This document shows, piece after piece, positions 13,547 to 24,447 of a stretch of 64,000 nucleotides of DNA. The DNA comes from Takakia lepidozioides. Taxonomy: Eukaryota; Plantae; Bryophyta. Under the pieces are notes generated by a model. The model saw nothing but the letters and a program-made list of their open reading frames with translations. It ran no database searches and was not told the DNA's origin. The position numbers were made by a program, and so were the translations under genes. The stretch's first letter is position 1, and every line of letters begins with the position of its first letter. The stretch spans positions 51,646,001 to 51,710,000 of the forward strand of contig CM060731.1 of assembly GCA_030704615.1 (NCBI GenBank), given 5' to 3'.

Positions 13547-16180
13547 TCACCAGAACTCCCCACAAGAACAAACCCCATCTTCGAAGTGGTGAAAGCGATT
13601 TGCGTCCCGTACAACAATTGCACGGCCAACAATCTTTGAGATGAACTTTGTGGCATTGTGGCAGTCACCACACACCCGAAGATTCTTGATGACACAGAGA
13701 GGCGTCCCTGGGGCCGTGCTGATCAGTCCAAAAGCAATGGCCAACTTCTCACTGTGGTGGCAAAGGGATAATTCCTTGTGCTCCTCCTCCACATCATGCA
13801 GTACAAAGCGCTTGTCAGGCACATATCCTGCCTCCTTCATCTCTGCAGACAATCTTCTCAGCTCAATATGGATGTCCTCAATCTTTGGATGCATTTTGTC
13901 ATCTACAACAAAGGTGTGCACCCTGTTACCAACCTCAATGCAGCAGCGACCAGGCTCCTTTTTTACCCCTCTCACTTTCATCATTTTTCTCACCTTTGCA
14001 GTATCATCCCACCTGCTAGCTGCAGCATAGATGTTTGACAGCAACACGTAAGTTACCGTATCCTGTTGATCCAACTTCAGGATAAGTTTTGCCGCACGTT
14101 CTGCCATCTCCACGTTGCCATGAACCCTGCAGGCACCAAGCAAGGCCTTCCACACCACAGCATCTGGCTTGATTGGCATTTTGATAATGAAGTCCTCTGC
14201 CTCATCCAATCGCCCTGCACGCCCAAGAAGGTCCACCATGCAGCTGAAGTGCTCTACTGTTGGAGTCACACCATGATCTTGAGTCAGGGAATGAAAGTAA
14301 TGTCTGCCTTCATCCACTAGGCCAACATGGCTACATGCAGAGAGAACACAAATGAAGGTGATCTTGTCCAACTTCAAGCCTTCCTTTTGCATTCCTTCAA
14401 ATAGTTGCAGGGCCTCCCTATGGCAACCGTGCTGCGCATATCCTGCCATCATCACATTCCACGACACCATATCTCGTTCAGCCATATTGTTGAACACTTC
14501 CTTTCCATCCTTGATGCTCCCGCACTTAGCATACATGTCCACAAGGGCATTGTTCAGAATCATATTTGGTACAATTCCAGCTTTCACGATGTCAGCATGG
14601 ACCTCTTTGCCCTTTTGCAGCGCTGCCAGGCTGGAACACGCATTGCAAACGCAAACAAATGTGATCTGGTCTGGTCTCACCCCTTCCCACATCATTTGCT
14701 CATAAATCTCCAAAGCCTCCACCCCGTACCCATGCTGGGAATATCCTGCCATCATTGCATTCCACGACACCAAATCCCGTGCAGCCATATTGTCGAACAC
14801 TCCCTTTGCGTCCTGGATGCTCCTGCATTTAGCGTACATGTCTAGGAGGGCAGTGTACAGAATGACATCTGGGACAATTCCAGCTCTCATGATGTCACCA
14901 TGAACCTCTTTGCCCTTTTCCAGGTCTGCCAGGCTCGCACACACATTGCACATGCACACGAACGTGACGTGGTTGGGCTTCACCCCTTCGCAGATCATTT
15001 GCTCATAGGTCTCCAAAGCCTCCATCCAACAACCAAGCTGGGCATATCCTGCAATCATTGCACTCCAGGACACCACATCCCGTTCAGCCATATTGTCAAA
15101 TATTCCCACTGCATCCTTGATGCTCCCACATTTGGCATACATGTCTATGAGGGTAGTTTCCAAGATGATATTTGGTACAATTCCAGCTTTCCTGATATCA
15201 CAATGGATCTCTTTACCCTTCTCAAGGGCTGCCAGACTCGCACACACACTGCAAAGGCAAACAAACGTGACCTGGTTGGGTGTAACCCCTTCCAGGATCA
15301 TTTGCTCATAGGTCTCCAAAGCCTCCCTCGCACACCCATGCTGGGCATATCCTGCTATCATTGCATTCCATGTCACTACATTTCGTGCCACTATATCATC
15401 AAACACTACCTTTGCATCCTTGATGCTCCCGCATTTGGCATACATATCCACCAGGGCGGTGCCTAGAATGATATCTGGTATAATTCCAGCTTTCATGATG
15501 TCAGCATGGACTTCTTTTCCCTTTCCCAGGGCCGCCAGGCTTGCACACGCATTGCAAATGCAAATGAATGTGACCTGGTTGGGCTTCACCCCTTCGCGCA
15601 TCATTTGCTCATATGTCTCCAAGGCATTCTTACCACACCCATGCTTGGTAAATCCTGCAATCATTATGTTCCACGTGATCAAACCTCGTTGAGGCATTTT
15701 GTCGAACACTAGGTGTGCATCCACAATGCTCCTGCATTTGACATACATGTTGACAAGGGTGTTGTGTAGAAACACATTTGGCTTGAATCCACTTTGGATA
15801 ATGTGAGCGTGCACCTCCTTTCCAGCTGCTAGGTCTTTCATCTTGATGCACTTATGCAGGAGACAGACATAAGTATCTGAATCTGCTGAAATACCTCCTT
15901 GGTTCAAAGTTTGCAGAGCTTCTTTCAGTTGTCCTGCCTCACTTGGTGTCCTATGCCCAGAAGCACAAGAAGACATCTTCTGGACTCCCTCTCTTGGTCC
16001 TCTTTTGGAAGTGGTTTTCATGGTGGAAGTGCCTGATTTTATCAACTGAGGTGCCACTCCTGCTTCCAGTTGACCATCTACCCATGCAGGTTTCTTGCAG
16101 CTATCAATCCACGGCGGCTCATTGGTACTCTTGTGCTTGAGATCTGGCCCTCTCGGATGGACCTGGACCCACAACTCCAT
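13547..16180 (-). CDS. PLS-E-DYW pentatricopeptide repeat protein (putative organellar C-to-U RNA editing factor)
   Basis: Uninterrupted ORF of repeated P-L-S triplets, then E1/E2, PG box (KKEPGRC), HSEKLA...LRVCGDCH deaminase signature, C-terminus CGEFW. First ATG at 16180; a splice acceptor just upstream (16187-16188) suggests 5' exon(s). Confidence 0.96.
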   Translation of the reverse strand: MELWVQVHPRGPDLKHKSTNEPPWIDSCKKPAWVDGQLEAGVAPQLIKSGTSTMKTTSKRGPREGVQKMSSCASGHRTPSEAGQLKEALQTLNQGGISADSDTYVCLLHKCIKMKDLAAGKEVHAHIIQSGFKPNVFLHNTLVNMYVKCRSIVDAHLVFDKMPQRGLITWNIMIAGFTKHGCGKNALETYEQMMREGVKPNQVTFICICNACASLAALGKGKEVHADIMKAGIIPDIILGTALVDMYAKCGSIKDAKVVFDDIVARNVVTWNAMIAGYAQHGCAREALETYEQMILEGVTPNQVTFVCLCSVCASLAALEKGKEIHCDIRKAGIVPNIILETTLIDMYAKCGSIKDAVGIFDNMAERDVVSWSAMIAGYAQLGCWMEALETYEQMICEGVKPNHVTFVCMCNVCASLADLEKGKEVHGDIMRAGIVPDVILYTALLDMYAKCRSIQDAKGVFDNMAARDLVSWNAMMAGYSQHGYGVEALEIYEQMMWEGVRPDQITFVCVCNACSSLAALQKGKEVHADIVKAGIVPNMILNNALVDMYAKCGSIKDGKEVFNNMAERDMVSWNVMMAGYAQHGCHREALQLFEGMQKEGLKLDKITFICVLSACSHVGLVDEGRHYFHSLTQDHGVTPTVEHFSCMVDLLGRAGRLDEAEDFIIKMPIKPDAVVWKALLGACRVHGNVEMAERAAKLILKLDQQDTVTYVLLSNIYAAASRWDDTAKVRKMMKVRGVKKEPGRCCIEVGNRVHTFVVDDKMHPKIEDIHIELRRLSAEMKEAGYVPDKRFVLHDVEEEHKELSLCHHSEKLAIAFGLISTAPGTPLCVIKNLRVCGDCHNATKFISKIVGRAIVVRDANRFHHFEDGVCSCGEFW

Positions 16181-16639
16181 CACGACCTACAGTTATCCCT
16201 GCCTTGGCAGAAACAAAATCTCCTCCTTGCTGCTGACAGCTACAATGACAAACCATAATTTACCTAGCAAACACCCCAACTGCTTACCACCCACTAGTCC
16301 CTGTGTGGAACTGCTGACAAGACGTTAGAAACGTGTCCGGGAGAGAGGATGAAAATTTTGCAGGAAAGCTCTTCGAGCATCTTGTTGTCTGTTATTTCGG
16401 TAAGAGAAGGGATTCACCTTTCTGCCTCTAGTGTCCCACCATTGACTTTGGTTCAAAACATATTCCTTCTAATAAAGCTGTTCCTTGTCTCTGTTTTTGG
16501 TTTTATTTGCCTGCTACCCCATTGGCAGTTACACGTGAAAAACACTCATAACCACCATAGATCCACCCAGAGAGCTAACTTACAAAAGTCTACATGACAA
16601 ATTAGGTTTTGTCTCTGTGCACATTACCTGGGGATCATT

Positions 16640-17274
16640 TGCTCTGATCTCTTCTAGCGCATTGACGTTCCAATGCGAGATGCTAGACATGAAATAAATG
16701 GCAACCATCAGAATCAGGGGAAAAAGACCTTGGAACCAGCGTGAGCCCACTTCATCGGGTCTTTGGCTGCATGCAAATACGAGTTTGGAGCAACAAAGAC
16801 AGAAAGGGTGGATATTGCATCCAAACAGGACCGCAATAGATGCATCAGAAGAGAACTTATGGAACTGCACGTCAGGCGGACATGGAAACCAGCCACTCTA
16901 ATAACTCTATCGGGAGACATTCTATAATTAGTTCTCCGTGACGATAGGATCTTGCGGCCTAGTTTCCTCTCTTCTAATGGGCATTGGGGAGGTTCAGGGT
17001 GGGCTACCACAGTCTGCGGATAGAGACTGGTAGGTGGGAAAATCTGCAACGTGAAGACCAACTATGCGCAGCTTGCTTTGGGAACTACAGAGAAATTGAA
17101 AGTGAAGAACATTTCTTCTTTCACTGCCCTTTATACTATGAGATCCTTGGGAGATTCAACTGTGTATTCCGGGATAATCCATCTCTCCCAGAGGTGTTCC
17201 ATTACGAGGATCAGAAATGCTTGGCAGCCTACGTGCATAAAGCGTTGACTCTTAGACAATCCCTTGAGCTTTAG
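16640..17274 (+). mobile_element. LINE ORF2 3' remnant (C-terminal Cys/His zinc-binding region)
   Basis: GRFRVGYHSLRIETGRW..REDQLCAACF..EIESEEHFFFHCPLY matches the typical non-LTR retrotransposon C-terminal CCHC region. Confidence 0.85.
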
Positions 17275-17855
17275 TTGTGGGCTGTTTGTGGCCCCTTTCT
17301 CTTGTTTCTTTTTCCTCTTGCCCCATGAGCTCTTTGAGCTTCTCGCGGACGTTATAAAGTACCATTTCATTTCATACTGCGTACTGAGTTTCTCCTGAAA
17401 TTTGTCGAGGAATCTAAAAGCGGGTTTGAATAGGTAAATCCCAAGAACCACACCAAGGTGCGGCGAGGACCATCATTTCTGCCACTCTCTAATAAAAACC
17501 GTCTACACAACCATGGCTCAAGAGCCAGAGTATATCAGATTTGAGGTCGAAGTGATGCATGCCTACTACATCAGCTCCTCTATATTTGGTCACAGTTGTG
17601 AACAGTGAAGAGGATTTACTACGCCCATTATTATATGAGATAAACAGGAGAGAGAAGAAGAGAAGGGAAACGTTCAACAGTCTTAAGGGAAACAAAATGT
17701 GCGGATCCGAAAGATTTCCAAAATCAACCAAGGCCCTGTCGTCTAGTTTCGGTCATGCGAGAGGCCTTGCGTCGCGGCGGATCAAGGGGCTGGGATGTAG
17801 TGAGAAAGCGGCAGAGGATACATTTTTTGGTCCGTGTACTTCCAACCCCGATGCC

Positions 17856-18720
17856 AGAATCGTTCGCAACAGGCTCCTATATAGATGGGAAACGATCATC
17901 CAGCTTCAAGGATCACGCACAAGAGGTTCTTTGGATTGAGGATTGGTTGAATCCTCTTTGGGTGAAAGAGAAGCTAATTGCAAAGAGTCAAGATCGAAAA
18001 CAGTCCGGCGATGGTGGGAGGATGTCCGAGTGCGATTCTGATTTTGGAGTGGATGGCGGAGCTCCTTTAAAGCCTGGACATGAAAGTGAGTATGACTTGC
18101 AGCCTGATGACAGGGCAGTATTTGATGCACAAGTTCGTTTAGTATCTTTAATTGTGGACATGGTTGCATGTTCCTCATTGTGTTGCTTCAGATACAACCT
18201 AGACTGACTTGATGAATGTTCTCAAAGCTAAATTAGCACTACTCCGTAAAGGAACTTGTCAACGTTTCGGTGCTCTTGGATTTCCGGCATGAAGGTCAAC
18301 CGTGGAGCATGGGACAGCGTTGGCAAGAGGTTTATAAAATTCCTACAAAATGGTGGGACAACAGCGGTGGCAAAGTGCGTCTTTTTTCATGCATAATGTG
18401 AAGGAGTATGTGCCTTTTCCTCTCGGTACCATAGGTTGTTCTTCTTAAGCAGGCCATGAATATATGTTGCCCAAGGGATTTTTCCTCATGTTCGCAAGCT
18501 TTTGGGAGGTTCAGCTTGGTCTGAGGAGGCTGTGTTTAAAACCATGGCTGATCAGCTCCACCCTGTTTTCACAGACCAATCGAAGATCACCAGTAGACAT
18601 ATTCAGCGCGCAGAAGGGCGCAGAAGGGCGCCTTTTGATTGAGGGTTGGCTAACATCTCCATGGGTGGAAAAGCTAGTTGCTGCAATGACACAAGGTCAA
18701 GCACATTGTGGTGAGGGCAC
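17856..18720 (+). other. Two extra copies of the PPR-gene N-terminal module (W/L-I-E-x-W-x-x-P-x-W)
   Basis: VLWIEDWLNPLWVKEKLIAKSQDR (~17925) and LLIEGWLTSPWVEKLVAAMTQGQA (~18630) are homologous to ALWIEGWSNPPWLKAALASLIQGRA in the 37.7-kb PPR gene. AAATGGTGGGACAACAG occurs at ~18348 and 37441. Confidence 0.7.
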
Positions 18721-19055
18721 TCTCTTCTTCCAACACACTGAGGCTGGTTTTGTCCTCTTTATCAGATTTGTCCCTGTTTTGTAATCATGGGTTTTGACAG
18801 TTAGCCATTTGGGTGAATCTTTGACATTTTATTACTACCTGTGGGAATTGCAGGGAAATATCCAAAACTAGGGAATAGAGATGAGGAGAAGCTTTGGAAG
18901 GAATATGTTCCATGGGACAATCAAGGCAGAAAGGTGAATGCCTCTTATTTTACACAACGCAGAAGCAGATGACAACTTTCTTGCAAATTGCATCCTCCCT
19001 CTCTTCCAAACACACATTTTTGAAGTCTTGTCAGTAATAGCAAATGTACTAGTAT

Positions 19056-21097
19056 GTGGTAAGTAGGGGTCAAGTAGCAAGAGGGAGGATCAATGTATTA
19101 TTGTTGTCTGAGCCAGGGATAGATGGAGGCAGGAATGGAGTGAGGGTGCAGATCGATCCAAGAGGACTGGATTTCAAGTATAGGAGTACACATGAGGCAG
19201 TGTGGATAGACAGCAACAAGATATCTGCATGGGTAGATGGTCATCTGGAAGCACCTGCAAGACAGTTTACAGAATCAGGCACCTCTGCCATGACCACTCC
19301 TAAAAATGGACCAAGAGACTGAGTCTGCAAGATCTCTTCTGCCACTTGTAGGCATGTGAGGATTCTATGTAAGGCAGGACACCTGAAAGAGGCTATGCAT
19401 ATTTTGAACCGAGGAGGCATTTCAGCAGACTCTAATACGTATGTCTGTCTTTTGCAAAACTGCATGAAGGTGAAAGGCCTAGCCACGGGAAAGCAGGTGC
19501 ACGCCCACATCGTCCAAAGTGGATTTAAGCCAAATGTATTTCTATACAACACCCTTCTCAACATGTATGTCAAGTGCAGGAGCATCATGCATGCACACAG
19601 ATTGTTTGATAATATGCCTGAACGAAATATGTTTTCTTGGACTATAATGGTGGCAGGATACACTGAGCATGGGTGTAGTAGGAATGCCTTGGAGATTTAT
19701 GAGCAAATGCTACAGGGAGGAGTGACGCCCGACCAGGTGACATATATATGCGTTCTCAAGGCGTGTGCCAGCCTGGCAGCCCTGGAAAAGGGCAAAGAGG
19801 TCCATTCTGACATCATGAAAGCTGGAATTGTACCAAACATCATTCTGGAGACTGCCCTTGTTGACATGTATGCCAAATGCGGGAGCATCAAGAATGCGAA
19901 GGGAGTTTTTGATAACATGGCTGAACAAAATGTGGTCTCATGGAGTGCGATGATCACAGGATATTCCCAGCAGGGATGTGGGATGGAGGCTTTAGAGACA
20001 TACAGGCAAATGATCCGGGAAGGGGTGAAGCCCAACCAGGTCTCGTTTGTTAGCATTTGCAATGCGTGTGCAAGCTTGGCATCCCTGGAAAAGAGCAAAG
20101 AGCTCCATACTGACATTAGGAAAGCTGGAATTGTACCAAATGTCATTCTGAACACTACCCTAGTAGATATGTATGCCAAATGTGGAAGCATTCAGGATGC
20201 AAAGATGGTGTTCGACAACATGTGTGAACGAAATGTAGTCACATGGAATGCAATGATCGCAGGATATGTCCAGAATGGGTGTGGGATGGAGGCTTTAGAG
20301 ACCTATGAGCAAATGATACAGGAAGGGGGGAAGCCCAGCCAGGTTACGTTTGTGGGTGTTTGCAATGCGTGTGCCAGCCTAGCAGCTCTGGAAATTGGCA
20401 AAGTGGTCCATGGTGACATCGTGAAAGCTGGAATTGTGCCTAATATCATCTTGAATACTGCCCTCGTGGACATGTATTCCAAATGTGGGAGCATCAAGGA
20501 TGCAGAGGGTGTGTTCAACAAAATGTCCACACGAAATGTGGTGTCATGGAATTCGATGATTGCGGGATATGTCAAGCATGGGTGTCATAGGGAGGCCCTG
20601 CAACTATTTGAAGAAATGGGAAAGGAAGGCTTGAAGCCAAACAGTATCACTTTAGTATGTGTCCTCTCTGCTTGTAGTCATGTCGGCCTATTAGATGAAG
20701 GTAGACACTACTTCGATTCCCTGAGTCAAGATGATGGCCTCACCATGGAGCACTTCGGTTGCATGGTGGACCTTCTTGGCCGTGCAGGGCGATTGGATGA
20801 GGCAGAGGATTTCATCAACAAAATGCCAATTGAACCAGATGTTGTTGTGTGGTGGCCTTGCTTGGTGCCTGCAGAATCCATGGCAATGTAGATGTAGCCG
20901 AACGCACGGCAAAATCCATTCTCAAGTTGGATCCGCAGGATGTTGGAACTTATGTGTTGCTATCTAACATCTATGCAGCAGCCAGCAGATACTGCAAAGG
21001 GGAGAAAAATGATGTCACAAGGTGCATCATGTCCAGAGGTGTCACAAAAGAGCCAGGTCGCTGCTCCATTGAGGTCAGTGACAAGGTGCACACGTCC
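19056..21097 (+). pseudogene. PLS-E PPR pseudogene; divergently oriented paralogue of the 13.5-16.2 kb gene; DYW domain lost
   Basis: In-frame TGA at 19320-19322 (GPRD*V vs GPREGV in the paralogue), a 1-nt frameshift at ~20853, and homology stopping at KEPGRCSIEVSDKVHT (21097). Confidence 0.9.
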
Positions 21098-22380
21098 TGA
21101 CCGACCGCAGGACGGACGCAGAAAACCGCCCGGGCGACCCAGGGACGGACGCCGACCCCATGACGGAGAAGTCGGACGCCGACGGAGACGGGGGCCGGGT
21201 GACGGGGCGGTCCAAGAATTCCTCGGCGCTCTTTGGATGTCTCCAAACCCGTTGCAGTTTCCGTTGCTGGCGAGTTTCCGTTCCCTCAACGCCGACGGAG
21301 TGTGATTGTGGGCATCTATGATGTGGACGGAAGCAGCGGACGGAGGGTCCACGGCCTCGGTCTGCCAACGCAGAAACTCCCATACTTTCCGTCATCTTTT
21401 GGATGGACGTTGCAGAGTCGGTCGATATGCGGACGGCCCCATCCGTCGGCTCCCGAGTCGTTCCCAGTACCTTCAGTTGCTTTCCCAGCGCTAGAATTGT
21501 TCGCTGGCACTCGCTGCTGCGATGTCTCTCTCCTAATAAGAGGGAATAGTCACTCTCTTTGTCAGAGGAGGGATGCCTATGGAATGGAAATCTGTTGTGG
21601 CGGTTTGGAGAGAGGAAAGGCGAGAGGAATGCTAAGAGGGGATGCCTAGAGAACAAATCAGGCTGCATTGAGAATCAAAACTCTCAAGAATGGCCTGTCT
21701 TTCTTTTGGGACTATCACCACAAAGCTGCAGCAGACATGGTAATAGAATGTACGCATATTGTTTGAGGCGTTCTAAGAGATGAAGAGAGGGCCTATAGGT
21801 TCATTGGAGCGCGAGGTTCAAAGACATACCTTTCGAGACTTTCCCTCTTCTTCATCCGCAGTTGAAGGTCGAGATACAGCCCAGTCACCGTCCCTCCCAT
21901 GTGACCCCCCTGAGTTTTCACTGTTGGCAGCCCCTGCAAAGTGGGAGAGGAAATTATCAGCACCTTGACACGCAGATGGGATATTCCGCGAAGTTACCAC
22001 GGGCCTTTCCAGATCCAGAATCAAGCTTCCATAAGACGAAGAACACATTACCACATTTGGAACTCACCTGTGGTACACCCATTATTGTTTACTATAATTT
22101 ACACTGGGTGTTGGAGGCTGCTACAGTAATGCGACTGCATGTGCATACTCGCTCCTGCAGGTCTTCAAGCTTGGCAACCACCTCCTGGTGCCGCCGGCGT
22201 TCCTCATGCAATTCAACTTCTAGTGCTCCCACCTTGTCATGCAGCTCATTCATCTCTGCGTCTGCAGCTCGGATGCTTGAAGCCAGCCCAGGGTTTGGAG
22301 AAGAAAGCTCCATCAACTCTTCGTCAATCAGTTTATCTTCCTTTCTTTTTGGGTCTTGCCCAGTACCCTGCCAGTACTAG
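21098..22380 (-). pseudogene. Filament-like plant protein (FPP/DUF869) C-terminal fragment
   Basis: Coiled-coil exon AADAEMNELHDKVGALEVELHEERRRHQEVVAKLEDLQER, then the family C-terminal motif ECQRTILALGKQLKVL; frameshifts; no 5' part in the window. Confidence 0.75.
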
Positions 22381-23809
22381 CATGGCTTTAGTCCACAGAG
22401 ACTACTACTTGGCAAGGAGTCTATAACTGAACTCTGAATACCTCAGGTACCATCCTTGTTCACCCAAATCATAATCAATTTTTGTTCCAATTCAAATTTT
22501 GATTTGATTCCTTCTTATTCAAACATTTGTAGTGCGCAAATTTGATCTTCTCTCTCAGTTTCCAAGTGCTCATCGAAAGGTCATAGTACTCAACGTCTTC
22601 TCACTCGCTCCTTGCCCCAAAATATTCAAGCAGTCATAGAGATACTATAGATTCAAATATGTATAGTGAGGCAAACATGGATGCTCAAGCTGAGAATGCA
22701 CAGGAGACCGCACAGGAAACAGAGTTTGTTGTTTAGGAAAGAGGATCCATGCGGATTCCTCTTCCATAAAGATCTACATTTTCTCTTATTGAGCAAAATT
22801 TTGCTATAGATCTATTTGATTTGTTAATTATCTATAATCCAATTCTATCCTAAAAGCAGTGGGTTATGAGATTGTCTGCTCCACAAACATCAGATCATAG
22901 TGGAGATTTGCGATCAATAGATTTAAGACTTGTTTGGTGCATTCTTTGTAAGCAGGAACGGTCTTCATACATGGGTATATATTAACATGTCTTTAGGAGT
23001 TTTTTTTATTGGTTTACCGATCACCCAAGTTTTTTTGATGAAAACTTGTCATCGAGGAGATTTAGCATTTCAGGCATTATGAGTTCACAATCTGATGGGT
23101 CACAGTCATCACAAACCCAAGGAGACAAAGCAGCCTTGTATCATTGGGACCATTGTTGAACCCCTATTTTCCACGTTTAGTATGAAAAGTCTTTCGGAAT
23201 CCCATGTCCTTTCTCTCAACAAGACCAATCTATATCCGCTGTGGGTTATGTAAGTCTTGTAGCTGCACTGGTAGCCGATCCAGAGTAAGCCCCATTCACA
23301 ATCATCCCGATGCTCCCCCAAAGTCTAACTTATTGCTCCATGTATCAAGAGATACACACAATGTAATAGTTTGAAGATTTTAGGCAATATGAGCGGCACT
23401 TGGCTCATGTTAATGAATGACTTTCAAAGGGGAGGGTACACACTTAGCACTGCTAGGAAAGCACAAGAAGAATTTCATGAGAGTGTTGAGCAGTTCACAG
23501 CAAGATATACCGTTGACGACGATTGCAGTGAGATGTCATGGGATAGGACCACCACCTTTCAAGGATATGGGGTGACTCTCACCAACGACATGGACAATCC
23601 AAGTATAGACTGGGGGTGGGATGGGTAGGTGGAGGTGGTATGTTTTAATCTTGACACTAAAGCATTGTCCGTAGAATCCTCAGTGTAATGGGCTGACCAA
23701 AAGGTTTAACAAAACTATGTGTCAAATGTTTGAGAAGAATGGCACATTGATTGACGAAATGGGATAATATAGCCTTGCCTATCCTGATTTTTGACTATCG
23801 AACCTTAGT

Positions 23810-24447
23810 GCAAATCAAACTAAGCTAACCACTAAGGTCAGCACTGGTCAAGTTAACTCCTTTTGAACTCTTGTATGGCAGGAAAAGCCATACTCCCCTG
23901 CATATATATTAGTATTTTGCATGTTTCAGATTTTGAACCTGTGGACTGGGATGTTTTTGTGCATGAGTTAGATTGCAAGCGTCGTAGATTAAGGGAGGTG
24001 GCTAAAAGCAACATAGTGCTGGGTCAGGCTGCTCAAGCTAAACATTACAATTGACGACGTGTTGTCTATTCTGATTCTTTCAAGGAAGGCTAGTCAGTGT
24101 GTGTGAGATTGCAGCCCGGCAAGCAAGTTTCCAAGGGACTGATGGTCCCCATTTGACTGCTGAAATCCCGCCAGGCCGCCCATATCATTTGCTCCCTCAA
24201 CATGACACTACTACCCTTATCCCTAGGACTGTTGATGTCTCTTTGTTGGTACCTTATGTACACGATCACTTTTGATCTCACGTATTTGAAATTGAGAACA
24301 GACAAGTTAATATCCCCACACCAACACGACTTGGACGATATGTTATGGAGGCTCCTGCTGATGACTGGTGTTCAATACTGGCCATTTGGACCACTTGATT
24401 TACTGCTTTCACATAGTCAAGTTAGTGGTTAGCTTAGTTTGATTTGC
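23810..24447. mobile_element. MITE-like element with perfect 26-bp terminal inverted repeats
   Basis: GCAAATCAAACTAAGCTAACCACTAA (23810-23835) and its exact reverse complement (24422-24447); no coding capacity; TSD not evident. Confidence 0.6.

Noticed and set aside
13547-13960. U-to-C (DYW:KP-type) editing domain because of the EFW ending
   Set aside because: PG box and HSEKLA/CGDCH are canonical PG-type; only the terminal tripeptide differs.
19320-19322. In-frame TGA as a U-to-C editing or readthrough site
   Set aside because: The paralogue has GGA (not CGA), the gene is nuclear, and it carries further lesions.
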